A DNA stretch of 64,000 nucleotides from Leucoraja ocellata (GCA_036785375.1 JAWMAR010000234.1:3534001-3598000), one strand, 5' to 3'. Counted from the first letter of the stretch, positions 1-12,842 are shown. Numbers and translations are program-made. The notes: generated by a model from the letters alone, not told the origin.

Positions 1-213
1 TATTCAATAATAAAGCCATTTACTAATACAAGGTGATCATCACCAGATTAGAATGGGAAATTCTAGACCAATGTATAGTATTATGAATACATTTCTTGTG
101 TTTAGTTGTGTAAGTCAATGGGTTTGATCAGTTAAAAATGAAGGTTTTATGTGTGCCAGTCTTCAAATAAGTTTGTAACAAACTTTTTTTTTAAAGGCAC
201 CTAGTGAGGGGGG

Positions 214-490
214 GTTACTCAGCAGATCAGGCAGCATCTCCGCAGAAGATAGATAGGTGACATTTTGGGTTGCGACCCTTCAGATTGATTGTAGTGTGGC
301 AGCAGTTGGATAAAACTGTGGGGGTTGGACAAAGTCAAGCAAGTGAGGCTTGATCGGCAGATGGTTGGACAAAGGCCTTGGATGAAAAGACAAAAGGTGT
401 GAGATGAGGACAGAAGAGGCATGAAATGTGAAACCAGAGCAAGGAATATTAGCGGAAGGGAATGGGCGAATGGAAAGGGAGAAATGGGGG
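214..490 (-). mobile_element. Penelope-like element 3' region fragment
   Basis: Reverse complement of the recurrent motif AGATGCTGCCTGA..TGCTGAGTAAC with a decayed hammerhead stem (GGGTTGCGACCC), followed by a purine-rich tract like that in other copies. Confidence 0.65.
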
Positions 491-695
491 CTCAGATTGA
501 AAGTTATTGAAGGGTGTGTGAGACATGGTTTTGTATTTAACCCTTTTGCAGCTGTTTGTTAATAGAATATTTATTTATTTATTGCCAGCATCCAATGCAG
601 TTTTGTTCAGCAAAGCCTACTTGGTAACAGTTTATTGGTGGATCAGATGAAATAAACTAACACTGCACCCCTGGATTCCAATTTTGAGTAATGTA

Positions 696-2054
696 CAGTG
701 CCCTCCATAATGTTTGGGACAAAGACCCATCATTTATTTATTTGCCTCTGTACTCCACAATTTGAGAATGTAATAGCAAAAATCACATGTGGTTAAAGTG
801 CACATTGTCAGATTTTCATTTTGGTTTCACCATGTAGAAATTACAGCAGTTTTTATACATAGTCTTCAGCATATAAAAGGCATATTCAATTGGGTTCAGA
901 TCGGGTGATTGACGGCCAGTCAAGAATTGACCATTTTGTAGCTTTGAAAAACTCCTTTGTGGTTTTGGCAGTATGATTGGGATCATTGTCTTGCTGTAGA
1001 ATGAACCGCTGACCAATGGGTTTTGAGGCATTTTTTTTAACTTGCGCATATAGGATGTGTCTATACACTTCAGAATTCATTATGCTAATATCATCAGCAG
1101 TTGTATCATCAATGAAGATAAGTGAGCCAGTACCTTCAGCAGCCATACATGCCCAGCCCATAACACCCCCTCCACCATGTTTCACAGGTGAGGTGGCATG
1201 CTTTGGATCTTGGGCAGTTCCTTCTCTCCTCCATACTTTGCTCTTGCCATCACTCTGATATAAGTTAATCTTCATCTCATTTGTCCGCAAGTCCATTTTC
1301 CTGAACTGTGGTTGCTCTTTTAAATATTTCTTGGCAAACTGTAACCTGGCCATCCGATTTTTGAAACTAACCAGTGGTTTGCATCTTGCAGTGTCACCTC
1401 TGTATTTCTGTTCATGAAGTCTTCTGCAGACAGTGGTCCTTGACAAATCCACACCTGACCTGAAGACTGTTTCTGATCTGTCGAACAGGTGTTTGGGGAT
1501 TTCTTTTAATTATAGAAAGAATTCTTCTGTCTTCAGCTGTGGAGGTCTTCCTTGGCCTGCCAGTCCCTTTGCGATTAGTAAGCTCACCAGTGCTCTCTTT
1601 CTTGTTAATGATGTTCAAAAACAGTTGATTTTGGTAAATCTAAGGTCTGGCTGATGTCTCTCACAGTTTTATTCTTGTTTCTCAGTCTCAAAATGGCTTA
1701 TTTGACTTTCATTGGCACAACTTTGATTCTCATGTTGATAAACAGCAATAAAAGTTTCCAAATGTGATTGAAAGACTGGAGGAAAGACTAGGTGCTGAGA
1801 GCTCTCTTATATCTGCATTAAGGAGGCAATTAAACACACCAGAGGAATTACAGACACCAGTGAAGCCATGTGTCACAAACATTACAATGCCCTGAAATTG
1901 GTGGACTATGTATAAACACAGCTGTAATTTCTACATGATGAAACCAAAATGTATAAAAATACCCTTTAATAAAATCTGACAATGTGCACTTTAACTACAT
2001 GTGATTTTTTTTTCTATTACAAATCTCACATTGTGGAGTAGAGAGGCAAATAAT
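696..2054 (-). mobile_element. Tc1/mariner DNA transposon, copy 1 (DD34E, IR/DR type), internally deleted, right TIR truncated
   Basis: TA at 694-695 then CAGTGCCCTCCATAATGTTTGGGAC; an inverted copy of the TIR lies at ~1865-2054 and lacks its outer end; transposase fragments on the minus strand. Confidence 0.95.
866..1733 (-). pseudogene. Tc1 transposase pseudogene (frameshifted, C-terminus deleted)
   Basis: GTGRPRKT motif, VKHGGGGVMGWACM, QQDNDPNH and SPDLNPIE spread over several frames; 34 residues between D2 and E after correcting one frameshift. Confidence 0.93.
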
Positions 2055-2371
2055 ATTCAATATTATTATATAGTATATACAAATCAACCACCAGGTGGAG
2101 GGCAACTGATGTTACTCAACCCAGAGTACCCGGGAAAATCTGAATTTAGAATGATCATCTTAATTTACCAGTGCTCTTCTATTGTTTGTGGGTGAATACA
2201 GTAATCAACCTATCTTTTTCGGAAGGATGCCATCACATCCTATGGTTTTTCAGTAAGAATCTTAAATCCTATGTTCTTTGCCATGCATCCTCCATAAACT
2301 TTCTAAAATTCAGATTCTGCATCATAACGTGTAAAATCAAGTCTCTCAAGTTTGCACCACGTGTTGGAGTA

Positions 2372-2605
2372 ACTCAACGGGTCAGGGGGCATCTCTGGAG
2401 GATGTTTCAAAGGTTTCAAAGGTCTTTTATTGTCACATGTACCAATTAAGATACAGTGGTATTCGTAATACCATATAGTGACACTATGCCTCAGAAACCT
2501 TCTTCATTTCTGAAGTCCTGACCTGAAACATCATAGCCTCCAGAGAATAAGTGTTGGAGCTCCAACACTTATTATAAATCTGGCATCTGCAGCTACTTGT
2601 ATCTG
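2372..2605. mobile_element. Decayed fold-back Penelope-derived element interrupted by a short LINE-type 3' tail (~2405-2480)
   Basis: GGAGTAACTCAACGGGTCAGG..GCATCTCTGGAG arm, CTGACCTGAAACATCA remnant; the insert begins TTTCAAAGGTTTCAAAGG..TTTATTGTCACATGTAC. Confidence 0.55.
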
Positions 2606-4344
2606 CACCCAAGTTTTCAATTGGTGTTAAAAGCTTGATTTAAAAATTCTCTTCATTGTTTTTAAATTATTCCTTTGTCTTATCCATCGGGTCTTCCTTA
2701 AATGTTGTAACCTTTCCAGATCTTTGCAGTCCTACTATTTTGGCCTCTTAGTTTTAACCAATTTTCATTATAGGCTTTTGTGGCTTTAGTTGGCAACCAT
2801 CTAAAATTCTGTAATTCCCTCCTGAAATATCTGTCTGGATCTCTCTCTTTCTCAAAGACTTCACTCAAAATATTTCCTTACTTATTCAGTCTCCTGATGT
2901 GATTCTGTGTCAAAGTGAGTCCATCTGTGCATCCATTTACAAGTGTATTGAGACTCGTGTATCAAAGACCAAATCCAAATTGAAGATAATGGAAGAAGTA
3001 TCAGAGATGGTCTAAATGAATTTGAGAGCAGGGTGGAAGTTATGACAAAGGTGGTGTGCGCACAGTTTTAATAAAGGTAGTAAGTCTAGTAATAGTTCTG
3101 TCACTGCTACTACAAGGAAAATGCAATACACAGTTTAAGAGATCAAAATTGAAGGAAGGAAAGAGCAAATATGATTGTACCATTTTCAAAATTTCATTTT
3201 AAATGATATATTACATTTATTTTGACTATCCTGAAACTACAATGCATCGGCGAGTAACAAAATTCAGTCAAAGGAGCGTTGCGTCTTAAAGATATTGAAG
3301 TGAATGCACAGTGAAAATAGGCTGAAATTCAATTGTTTTAATAATGAAACGTTTCTGAAAGCTTAAATATTTAAACGTTTTGTGAGAAAATAATACATTT
3401 TGCCTGGCATTGAGATGCCGAGTCAGTTTATCTCATGACTATTTAAAATGTGATTTGCTTTTCTTTTTAGTCGTAATTAGCCCACTTTCGAGTCTACTTG
3501 GCAAATTTCCAGGAAAACTTTGTTATGAATTTAAGGCCAAGCATTCCAAACATTAAATATCAGTGCCATCTCATAGCAATAATTACATATTAAAATTAAT
3601 TCCAATTAAACCAGAATATTATGAAATCTCATTCTTTCAAATTGTGGTCTAACTGAATGACTTTCATTTATCAAATTAGGTATCCTTTTGACTTTTCTAT
3701 TTGAAGAAATACACACCACCATGCAATTAATTACATTGACTGTAATTGATGTAATGGAATACAAAATGATATATAATTTATTAAATCTCTTTATTGACCT
3801 TTTGCATAGAACACTAGAAGCCTGCCATCCAGAGTGAAAGATTGGACTGGAATGCAGTCGACAGCAATAGCTGGTGTCAGCTGCATTATTTAACAAGATT
3901 CATTTCTTAATTGACACAAAACATGTGTTTGTAATCTCCAAGTCATGGTGCAAGTTCACTACTGTAGTATTAATATCTCGTCATGCCAAGTCGCTGACCA
4001 CTTAATTGTTCCTCATGCAAATGCAAAAATAGTTTAAAAAATGTTGTTTGCAGTTCATTAATAGTAGGCAGTAAAATAATCTATGAAATATGTTCTTCTG
4101 TTTTCTCAATAAACATTTCAATACTTGCGTCCATGCCCAGAGGACCAAATACAAATGCTTCAGAAAGGTTTCTATAAAGGTAATATTTTGTTCCTTTGTG
4201 AACTCTGACTTGCCCTTTAAATGGGCATTGACATCATCGTGCAACTGCACTTTTTTTTGTCTGATTTGTTTCAAAATAATTTCTTCAGAAATGCTTAAAA
4301 ACTGACAGCCTGTGTGTGCTATGTTTAAAGTAACATTCATCATA

Positions 4345-5772
4345 CAGTGCCCTCCTAATGTTTGGGACAAAGACCCATCATTTATTTATTTGCCTCTGTA
4401 CTCCACAATTTGAGATTTGTAATAGAAAAAATTGCATGTGGTTAAAGTGCTCATTGTCCGATTTTAATAAAGGCCATTTTTATACATTTTGGTTTCACTA
4501 TGTAGAAATTACATCAGTTTATACATAATCCCCCCTATTTTAGGGCACCATCATGTTTGGGACACAGCAATGTCATGTAAATGAAAGTAGTCATGTTTAG
4601 TATTTTGTTGCATATCCTTTGCATGCAATGACTGCTTGAAGTCTGTGATTCATGGACATCACCAGTTGCTGGGTGTTTTCTCTGGTGATGCTCTGCCAGG
4701 CCTGTTTTGCAGCCAACTTTATCTTATGCTTGGTTTGGGGGCTAGTCCCCTTCAGTTTTCTCTTTAGCATATAAAAGGCATGTTCAATTGGGTTCAGATC
4801 AGGTGATTGACTTGGCCACTCAAGAATTGACCATTTTTTTAGCTTTGAAAAACTCCTTTGTTGCTTTAGCAAGATGTTTGGGATCATTGTCTTGCTGAAG
4901 AATGACTCACCGGCCAATGTGTTTTGAGCCATTTGTTTGAACTTGAGCAGATTGGATGTATCTGTACACTTCAGGATTCATTATGCTAATACCATCAGCA
5001 GTTGTATCATCAATGAAGATAAGTGAGCCAGTACCTTCAGCAGCCATACATGCCCAGGCCATAACACCCCCCACCACCGTATTTCACAGATTAAGTGGTA
5101 TGCTTGTGCAGTTCCTTTTCTCCTCCATACTTTGCTCATGCCATCACTCTGATATAAGTTAATCTTCTTTTCATCTGTCCACAAGACCTTTTTCCAGAGC
5201 TGTGGTTGCTCCTCTAAGTATTTCTTGGCAAACTTTCTTGGCCATCCTATTTTTGCAGCTAACCAGTAGTTTGCATCTTGCAGTGTAGCCTCTGTATTTC
5301 TGTTCATGAAGTCATCGGCAGACAGTGGTCATTGACAAATCCACACCTGACTCCTTAAGAGTGTTTCTGATCTGTCGGAAAGGTGTTTGGGGATTTTTCT
5401 CTATTACAGAGAGAATTTTTCTGTCATCAGCTGTGGAGGTCTTCCTTGGCCTGCCAGTCCCTTTGCGATTAGTAAGCTCACCAGTGCTCTCTTTCTTTTT
5501 AATGATGTTCCAAACAGTTGATTTTGGTAAGCCTAAGGTTTGGCTGATGTCTCTAACAGTTTTATTTTTGATTCTCAGTCTCATAATTGCTTTGTTGACT
5601 TTCATTGGCACAACTTTGGCTCTCATATTGATAAACAGCAATAAAAGTTTCCAAACGTGATGGATAGACTGGAGGAAAGACTAGGGGTTGAGAGCTCTCT
5701 AATACCTACATGTAGGAGGCATTTAAACACACCTGACCAATTACAAACACCTGTGAAGCCATGTGTCCCAAA
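4345..5772 (-). mobile_element. Tc1/mariner DNA transposon, copy 2 (same family), right TIR mostly lost
   Basis: TA at 4343-4344 then CAGTGCCCTCC-TAATGTTTGGGAC; inner direct repeat ATGTTTGGGACAC at ~4554; similarity ends at TGTGTCCCAAA ~5772. Confidence 0.95.
4597..5626 (-). pseudogene. Tc1 transposase pseudogene, full span (~340 codons) with frameshifts
   Basis: MRAKVVPMKVNKAIMRL..paired-like HTH..GRPRKT; VLWTDE (D1); WPSQSPDLNPIEH (E); C-terminus LQAVIACKGYATKY*. Confidence 0.95.
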
Positions 5773-5929
5773 GATTTCCAACTTAAATGTTAAGTGTTTC
5801 TGTATTTCCAAACCAAAATAGTTTTCTACCCAATTCAGTCTGCAAGCAGTGTTCTCTAATTAATCACTCACATTATATCCAATTCATAATATGGGAACAG
5901 TTAGAGCAGTACTACCTGCATTGCAAGGT

Positions 5930-7360
5930 CCTCATGAATACACACTGTTACCGCTTCATAGAATTCAATCAGATTGGACAGACAAGATCCGCTTTGACAT
6001 AGACATGCTCTGATTAGTCTTTGTATTTCCAATGATCATTAAGCATTTTCTTCAATACACAGTTTCCTCTGAACACAGATCTGTTATTTTCAGGCTTTTC
6101 TCTGTTTTCTTTCTTGAAAAGAGCTGCTGCATTTGCTGTCCTCCAGTCATCTGTTAACTTGCTTGTTGGCAGTGAAAATTAAAAATGTTCAGCCAGAGGC
6201 CAAGTAACCCTTCCTTCCCGATAGCAGCCTGAGGTAAATCTCACCTAACCCCAGCGATTTAGCCACAGTTAAGCCTATTTCAGGCTTAAACGTTCCTCTT
6301 CGCCAAGTTCTACATCTGCAAAGTCCATTTCTTTGTGAATGCTAATGAAAAGTATTCACTTAGGACTTCACCAAAATCTTCTGGTTTCACAGATTGCCCA
6401 CATTGGACCTAAGGGGCCCACACTTTTTACAGATGGTCCTTGATATACTTTAAAAACACCTTTGGATTTACCTAATCTTATCTGCCAGTGATGTTTTGTG
6501 ACTTTTCTTTACCTTCCTGATTTTTTTTTTAAGCATTTCCTTACTCTTGTTATATTCTTGACAGGCCTTCCCTGATTTTAGTTCCCTAAAGCTGCAGAAT
6601 GCTTCCTTTTGTTTTGCTCCTTATCCAACCCTTTTTGTCCCATGACATCCAGGGTTTAAAGGTAATAGAGTTCAGCCACCTCATGGATGAAGTTCATTGG
6701 ATCGTCACAATTTCTCACCTTTTCAATCCCATTATTTTCTCCATGATGATTTTTTTTGCACAAATGTAAACACTTTCAGTTCCAACTAGATCTGTGCTCT
6801 TCCACTGTATCTAGATTTACTATGGATTCTTCCTTGAAATGAGGCACAAACTATTTGTTTAATTTCTCTCCGAATTCCATTTCCTTATTCCTTAATATCA
6901 TGTATCCTGTTTCAACATAAACCTGCATCAAATATTGGCAAACTTTTCCTTTTCAAAATTCTTCAGAAGCTCATCCAATCTGCTTATATTTCTTGCTAGC
7001 CTACTCTTGTAACTTGCTAATCCTTTCCTTAGTGGTCATCGTTTGCTAATTTCTTAATGTTTCCAATCCTCATGCTTGCTTACTTTCTGAGCCATTATGC
7101 CTTTTGCTTTGATCTTATGCTGTCTTTAATTTTGCTTGAAAGTTTTGGGTGGACCACTTTTCCTGTTGTTCGTTTTTACCTCAAAGAGATATATCTTTAT
7201 CTTGTAAACAACAAATTATTCTTCAAATGTTAATCATTGCTTGCTAACTGCCTACCTTTTTAATGTATTTTCCCAGTCTCCCACAGCTGACTTCATGCCC
7301 TCAAAGTTTGTTTCATTTAGATTTAAGACACAGATTTCAGATTGACCTAAATAACTTGAA
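5930..7360 (-). mobile_element. Highly decayed CR1-type LINE ORF2 fragments
   Basis: Pyrimidine-rich antisense LINE-like sequence with CR1-like phrases (TTTGCTGTCCTCCAGTC, GCAAACTATTTGTTTAATTTCTC); no long ORF; boundaries approximate. Confidence 0.45.
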
Positions 7361-10128
7361 ATAGTTTTATCATATCAGTGTGCACAGTAGTGATAGCAAG
7401 TCCAATGATAGTTGGCAGACATGGGTTTGTCTTTTCTCAAAGTTGCATCCATTTTTCAGGAATCACATGTTGCAACTTTTTGAGTTTTTTTAAATCTAGA
7501 GTTTGCATTTTTGGACATAAATACTTCCAAACTATAATTTGTGTTCCAATAATGTAAAAATAACGAACATTCTGCTGCCTCATTCTATTTTTACTTATGT
7601 GGTTCAAAAAGGCTAATTTTCCAATGGTTTTGTTCTAGAGCCTTTCTGTTTCAACATTTTTTTTGTTATTTAAGAAGCAGTTAAATAACATTGAATAAAA
7701 ATTAGACTTTGATCTTTTTAAATTCCTGATCCGTCATAACCAGATGGTGAGTCTGATCAATGTTCTTGATAATGAAGATAATGTTTCTTTAAAAATGTAT
7801 GGAATGAAGTTATTAATGCTTATCTACAAATAACTCTGAATTAGCTGTAAAATGTAACTTAATAACTGAAGCTGATCATAATATATTTGTAGAACAGCTT
7901 TGGGAAACTTGGATGCATTCACTGACCTCTTATTTTCAACTTCAATTCATGCATTGAGACAGTGAAGTTGAAATATGGGAGTTGCATAAACTTGTTATAT
8001 GTATATCTAAAGGACATGGTTCTGAATGTTATACATCTAACTCAAACATGTGAGTAGTTATTCATAGAAAACAAACAAAATATATGCAATTCAAGGGGAA
8101 GTATTGAGGGTCAGACTGAAGTTGTCTCATAAAAAAAAGATCATCTTGCAGAAATGTCCATTGAATGGTTAAATAAAAATATTTAAAGTATTATTATTAT
8201 TATATCCTACTTCCAATCTTGCAAACACTTTGATCTGTCAACACATTCTATGAAAATATTAAGAAAATATGCAGTGGTGGGTTAATTGGAGGTTTTTTTT
8301 TAACCAACTTGAATTACTTTGGGGAAGAGTGCAGGATTAATTTTCAATTACTGCCTCTTAAATGAAATGTAAACTAAAACCAAAGTTGTTGTCTTTCAGC
8401 CTGTAGTTATGGGTTCTTGTCCAAGGTAAAATATGTCCAGGGTAAAATGTTGTGGCCACAAATTGGAGACAACTGAGCAGAATGCAGGTAAGAGATTTGA
8501 AGACTGAGGGTAAATTTAAAATACAGTGACCACAGAATGTAATTATGAAAAGATAAGGAAATGTCCTTGGCAATGAAACACCGCTACTTAGGGCTGCATC
8601 TTTCCACAATGTGACTGAGAACAAAAGATACCAAGGCATGCAGATTGATTGTATCACTCTAATAATGTAAATCATATTATTTATCTTAATTCAGAACTAC
8701 ATTTCTGATATTAACAGAACCTTTGAGTGGGGAGCAAAACAGTTTTGAAGATGGATAACATGGGATAGAATCTAACGACATTAGGTTGAGGAGAGATCCA
8801 TACTGGTAAAAAAAACCTAAGTATTTGTCAAGAGAATGAGTTGAATCCTGCTTGGCCTTGGCTAGGATATGTTCACAGGAGTTATTTTAATCAACTTTGC
8901 TGCCATATTTGCTCTCAACTAAATATTAGATTAGGGTAATATGATCAAAAATCAGTTCAAGTAAAGCTTACTGTACTTAACCATAATAATATCAAGTTAA
9001 ATCATTGTCTCTCCATGCAAGTTTAGATTAGGGATGATCATCTTGGGTTGTACTCGCTTGTCTCATATTTCCTTTTTTTTGCTTTCAAATGGTACAGACA
9101 TCATATAAGCGCACAGGATGTCAAGTGATTCAAGTAAAAATATCTCCACAACATTGTTGCCATAATAGTTTGAATTAACTTAGCGTATAAGAGTAAGAAA
9201 AATAATTTGTACTGTACTTTGGAAAGTAAAAACTTTCAGTTTCCTGTTAAGTGTTAACTTCCTGTCCGTCCTGACGGACAGGCCCAATTATCACAAACAG
9301 TTTTACAGGCCTGCAACCAGGACATCCTTTGCAGATTTAATGGTAACTACTGACCTGCTGATTAGTGTAAAGTGGCATGTGAGTACTTAAGTAAATAATT
9401 CAAATAAAGTTGTCTTCTATCTTCACCCATTATCTACTCCAAAATACCCAGTTCTTATTGACATACAAGCTCAGCGGATGAATGCCTGATGGGTTCCCCA
9501 CTTTGTTTTTACTCTTCCCCATTCCCCCTCCCATCTCACACCTCCATTGCATGCCACTGAGATTGACGATGAGAATCAAAATATACAATTTGTTGTGTTA
9601 TAAAATAGCAGTATCTCTTGTCGATGCTGTTAAGATTGTTAGGAATTTTAAAGCTTAAGAGGTTGGATGGACACAATTAAAATACTTAACATTTGATGCT
9701 TGCATAGATAGAATCATAGAATTCATAGAAATCTAACAAATTTGAATACAAACATTGGTCCCTTCCAATGCTTACTGGGTCTCTGCAAGTGAAGTACATT
9801 GTCCCTTTTCCTGTCCTTTCCCTGGAATTTCATTTTCTTTCAATTTACTCTTGAAAGTCAAGATTGAATTTGTTTCTATCTCTTTGTCAGGCAATGCAGA
9901 CTTGATATTCTGCATTAAAAAAAATAATTCATGTTGCCTTTGATTATTTTGCCAGTAACCTTTTTTGTCATGTGGTTCTTGGTTATTCCATCAGTGAGAA
10001 TGTCTTTCCATCTCTTTTGTCTGAATACCTTGCTATTTAGGGCTCCTACATTACACCTCCTCTCTACATTCTCTGCACTAGTAAGATCAATTCCATATGC
10101 TCTAGTCTTCCCCTTTATATTTTCTATA

Positions 10129-10545
10129 CTAGACCAAGTGCTGCTCCCCCAACGCAAGAATCCACCCCAGGTTTAAGAGAGGGGTAGAGAGAAAGAGAGA
10201 GAAGTGCAGAGAGGGAAGGGGGGTAGCGGGAGAGAGGGAGGGGGTAGAGTGGGGGGGAGGGAAGGTGGAGAGGGAGGGGGGTAGAGAGGGTGGGAGTGAG
10301 GGTAGATAGGGAGGGTGCAGCTGCCGCACGAGCACTGGAGTGGCCCTCCGTCCCGGAGTGTCCTGTCCTGTCTTGCGAGTGCATTTTGACGTCACTCGGG
10401 GTTTTTTTCCCGAAATGGGTGAGTTTTTGGGCTGTTTTTAAAACTTTAAACGATTAATAGCTTCGGAAATATAGGTGGGAATGTGATGGGAAGATGTTTA
10501 TCGCCTTGACGGGAAAAATGTGAGTACGATATGTGAAAATGATGA
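10129..10545 (-). mobile_element. Non-autonomous Helitron, 3' end present, 5' end missing
   Basis: CTAG terminus at 10129-10132 next to host T (ACTAGACCAAGTG, same as 53592); body 10385-10545 is homologous to 26330-26480 and 54300-54470. Confidence 0.75.
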
Positions 10546-12230
10546 AGAATAAATGTCTGCAGATTTCCCAGTACTAGGATTGTGTACTGCTATTATTCCA
10601 TTACCAGATCACACCTGACACGGGAGCAATAAGCCCATTCATTTGAATGCAGAAGAATGGCTAGAAGATAAAGATCAATTAGGCTTTTTTTAAAATTTAA
10701 TTTAGTTACTTTAGGTATGGTTAGTTATTTTGCGGATGTTTTCCAGTGTAATTATTTTTTTCATTTCCTTGTGTATTGTATATGAAAGCTCATGAATGTC
10801 CTCGATATACACACAAACGCTCAATTACTATGATATCTTTGACCGCTTTCAACACAGTAAACATGGCAATGCTGACTGACAAAATATCTATCTCTCTGGG
10901 ATTGCCAATCAGTGGGCCCTGCATTGTTTTCAACTTTGCCAAATGGCTAAGGGCTGGTTTCTTTGTGAAGGTTCACACTGTGGCAACTACTGGAGAGAAG
11001 GGCAGGTTCAGTGGGGAGGTAACCAAGGCTAACAAACGGATAGGTAGGATTTTTGTTCCAAAATCAGTTTTTAGGAAGTGCTAGGTTATGTGGATTTGCT
11101 GGCTTTTGTGGTTATCCTTCACCAACTGAGCTCTTTCTGCAGCCCTTCCCAAAAACAGATTGACTGTAATAAATACAATCGATCTCTTGTCACTTTGACC
11201 TCATGGATTCTTTGAGGTTCAAATCATTTTTTTTTTCTTTCAAAACTATTTATATTTCACAAATAAAATTGCTGTTCTCAGTTTGGTTTAAAAATAAATA
11301 AGATATGTGTATGTTATGAAAGGCTAGTTTAATTATTTAAGATTTATTTAGTAATTTGACTACACTATCTTCACGGTGAATTATTGTTTATGAACTGATC
11401 TGAAGAAACTGTTGACTTAAACTTAAAAAAAATATTCCTCGTCGTGTCACAAACCTTTTCCGGCAGTTTGGAAGTTTTCTTAATGTTCCACATGCTTGTG
11501 TTGTGGCCAACTAAAACAAAAGAAAAAGATCAAAAGTTTTAAATGGAGAAACGTGATTGGGTGTCCATGTAACTGCCGAAACATTAAGTGCTTTAGGACC
11601 CTTCTGCCGTGATTGTTGGTGGGCAGATCTGGCAGGGTCATGTTGATTAAGTCTTCGTGAAAAGATTAACAAAATAAACTCCAGAAAGAAACTTGACTAA
11701 TTTAATTATTAAACCAGCAGCTGCACAATTCTGTTGCCGGTCTTGGATAATAAATTTTCTGTGCTTTTTATTATTATTGTACCCCCTCCCCCCCCCCCCC
11801 CCCCCCCCCCCCCTTTCCAACTGCCCTATTTATGAGAAGCTGTTTTCTCTTAAGTTCTTTCTATATTTAGGATTATGATCAAGGCTCCATGACTGTTGGG
11901 CTCAAGGCTATAAACTAGTTTGCAACATTATCTGTTTTTCCATGTAGTAAGTACAATGCATAGCTTTGGAGTACAGGAGATGGTATGAGTTGTTATTGTA
12001 AAATGAAAGGACTTTCTTTGTGTTTGCCAGATTATACTCCTCCTGCATTTCATTTGTGAAATGCACATTGTTTTATTTTGTGTTCAACATCAGGATAGAC
12101 ATCCTGAAAAATGTATTTGATTCCGTTTGGGACTGGATTTTCGCCACTGTCTCAAATAATGTTTGATCTTGCAGTTAAGATCACTAATACTCTTCTACGA
12201 TTCTCAAATGTGTTAGCTGCTGGCCAACCT

Positions 12231-12403
12231 GTGTAGGAAAGAACTGCAGATATTGGTTTAAACTGAAGGTAGACACAAAATGCAGGAGTAACTCAGCGGG
12301 ACAGGCAGCATCTATGGACAGAAGGAATGGGAAATGTCACCCATTCCTTCTCTCCAGAGATGCTACCTGTCCCGCTGAGTTACTCCAGCATTTTGTGTCT
12401 ATC
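12231..12403. mobile_element. Fold-back (palindromic) Penelope-derived element
   Basis: 62-bp inverted arms 12270-12331 and 12340-12401 with 4 mismatches and an 8-nt loop. Confidence 0.8.
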
Positions 12404-12842
12404 AACACACTTCTGGCTGTACATCCTTGTTCTGTAAATTTGAGGTGATCAAAATCTTTTCTGCCTGCTGCTAAGCTACCTCTGGTATGACTGTGGTGTC
12501 ACCTATGTTTGTTGCAAGTTAAGTCGTGCTTTAATTCTAAAATTCCCATCCTTTTTCATCACTTCATTCCCTTGGCTCCCCCAATCTCCTCCAACAACCC
12601 CACAACTCTCTGATAAATGTATTGATTCTTTAGTTCTGGTCTCTTGATCATTTGTGAATTTAATTGCTTCACCGTTGGAAACATTGGCAACAGGAGAGAT
12701 TGGGCCTCAAAAGTGTTCAGAGTTTTTGGTGCGGGAGCTATTAGTCTTTTGCAATGATATAAATGTTGTGTTTCATGACTGTTGGCAGACTAATTTCCCT
12801 CCTGGGATAAATAAAGTTCCAACATATCGTATGTAAGGTTCA

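Noticed and set aside
10124-10395. Pro/Ser/Leu-rich ORFs (also 53679-53882)
   Set aside because: Translation of the low-complexity purine tract inside the Helitron.
11782-11813. Long poly-C tracts (also 28991-29011, 44170-44196)
   Set aside because: Homopolymer slippage; the polyproline or polyglycine ORFs they create are spurious and the lengths may be sequencing-dependent.
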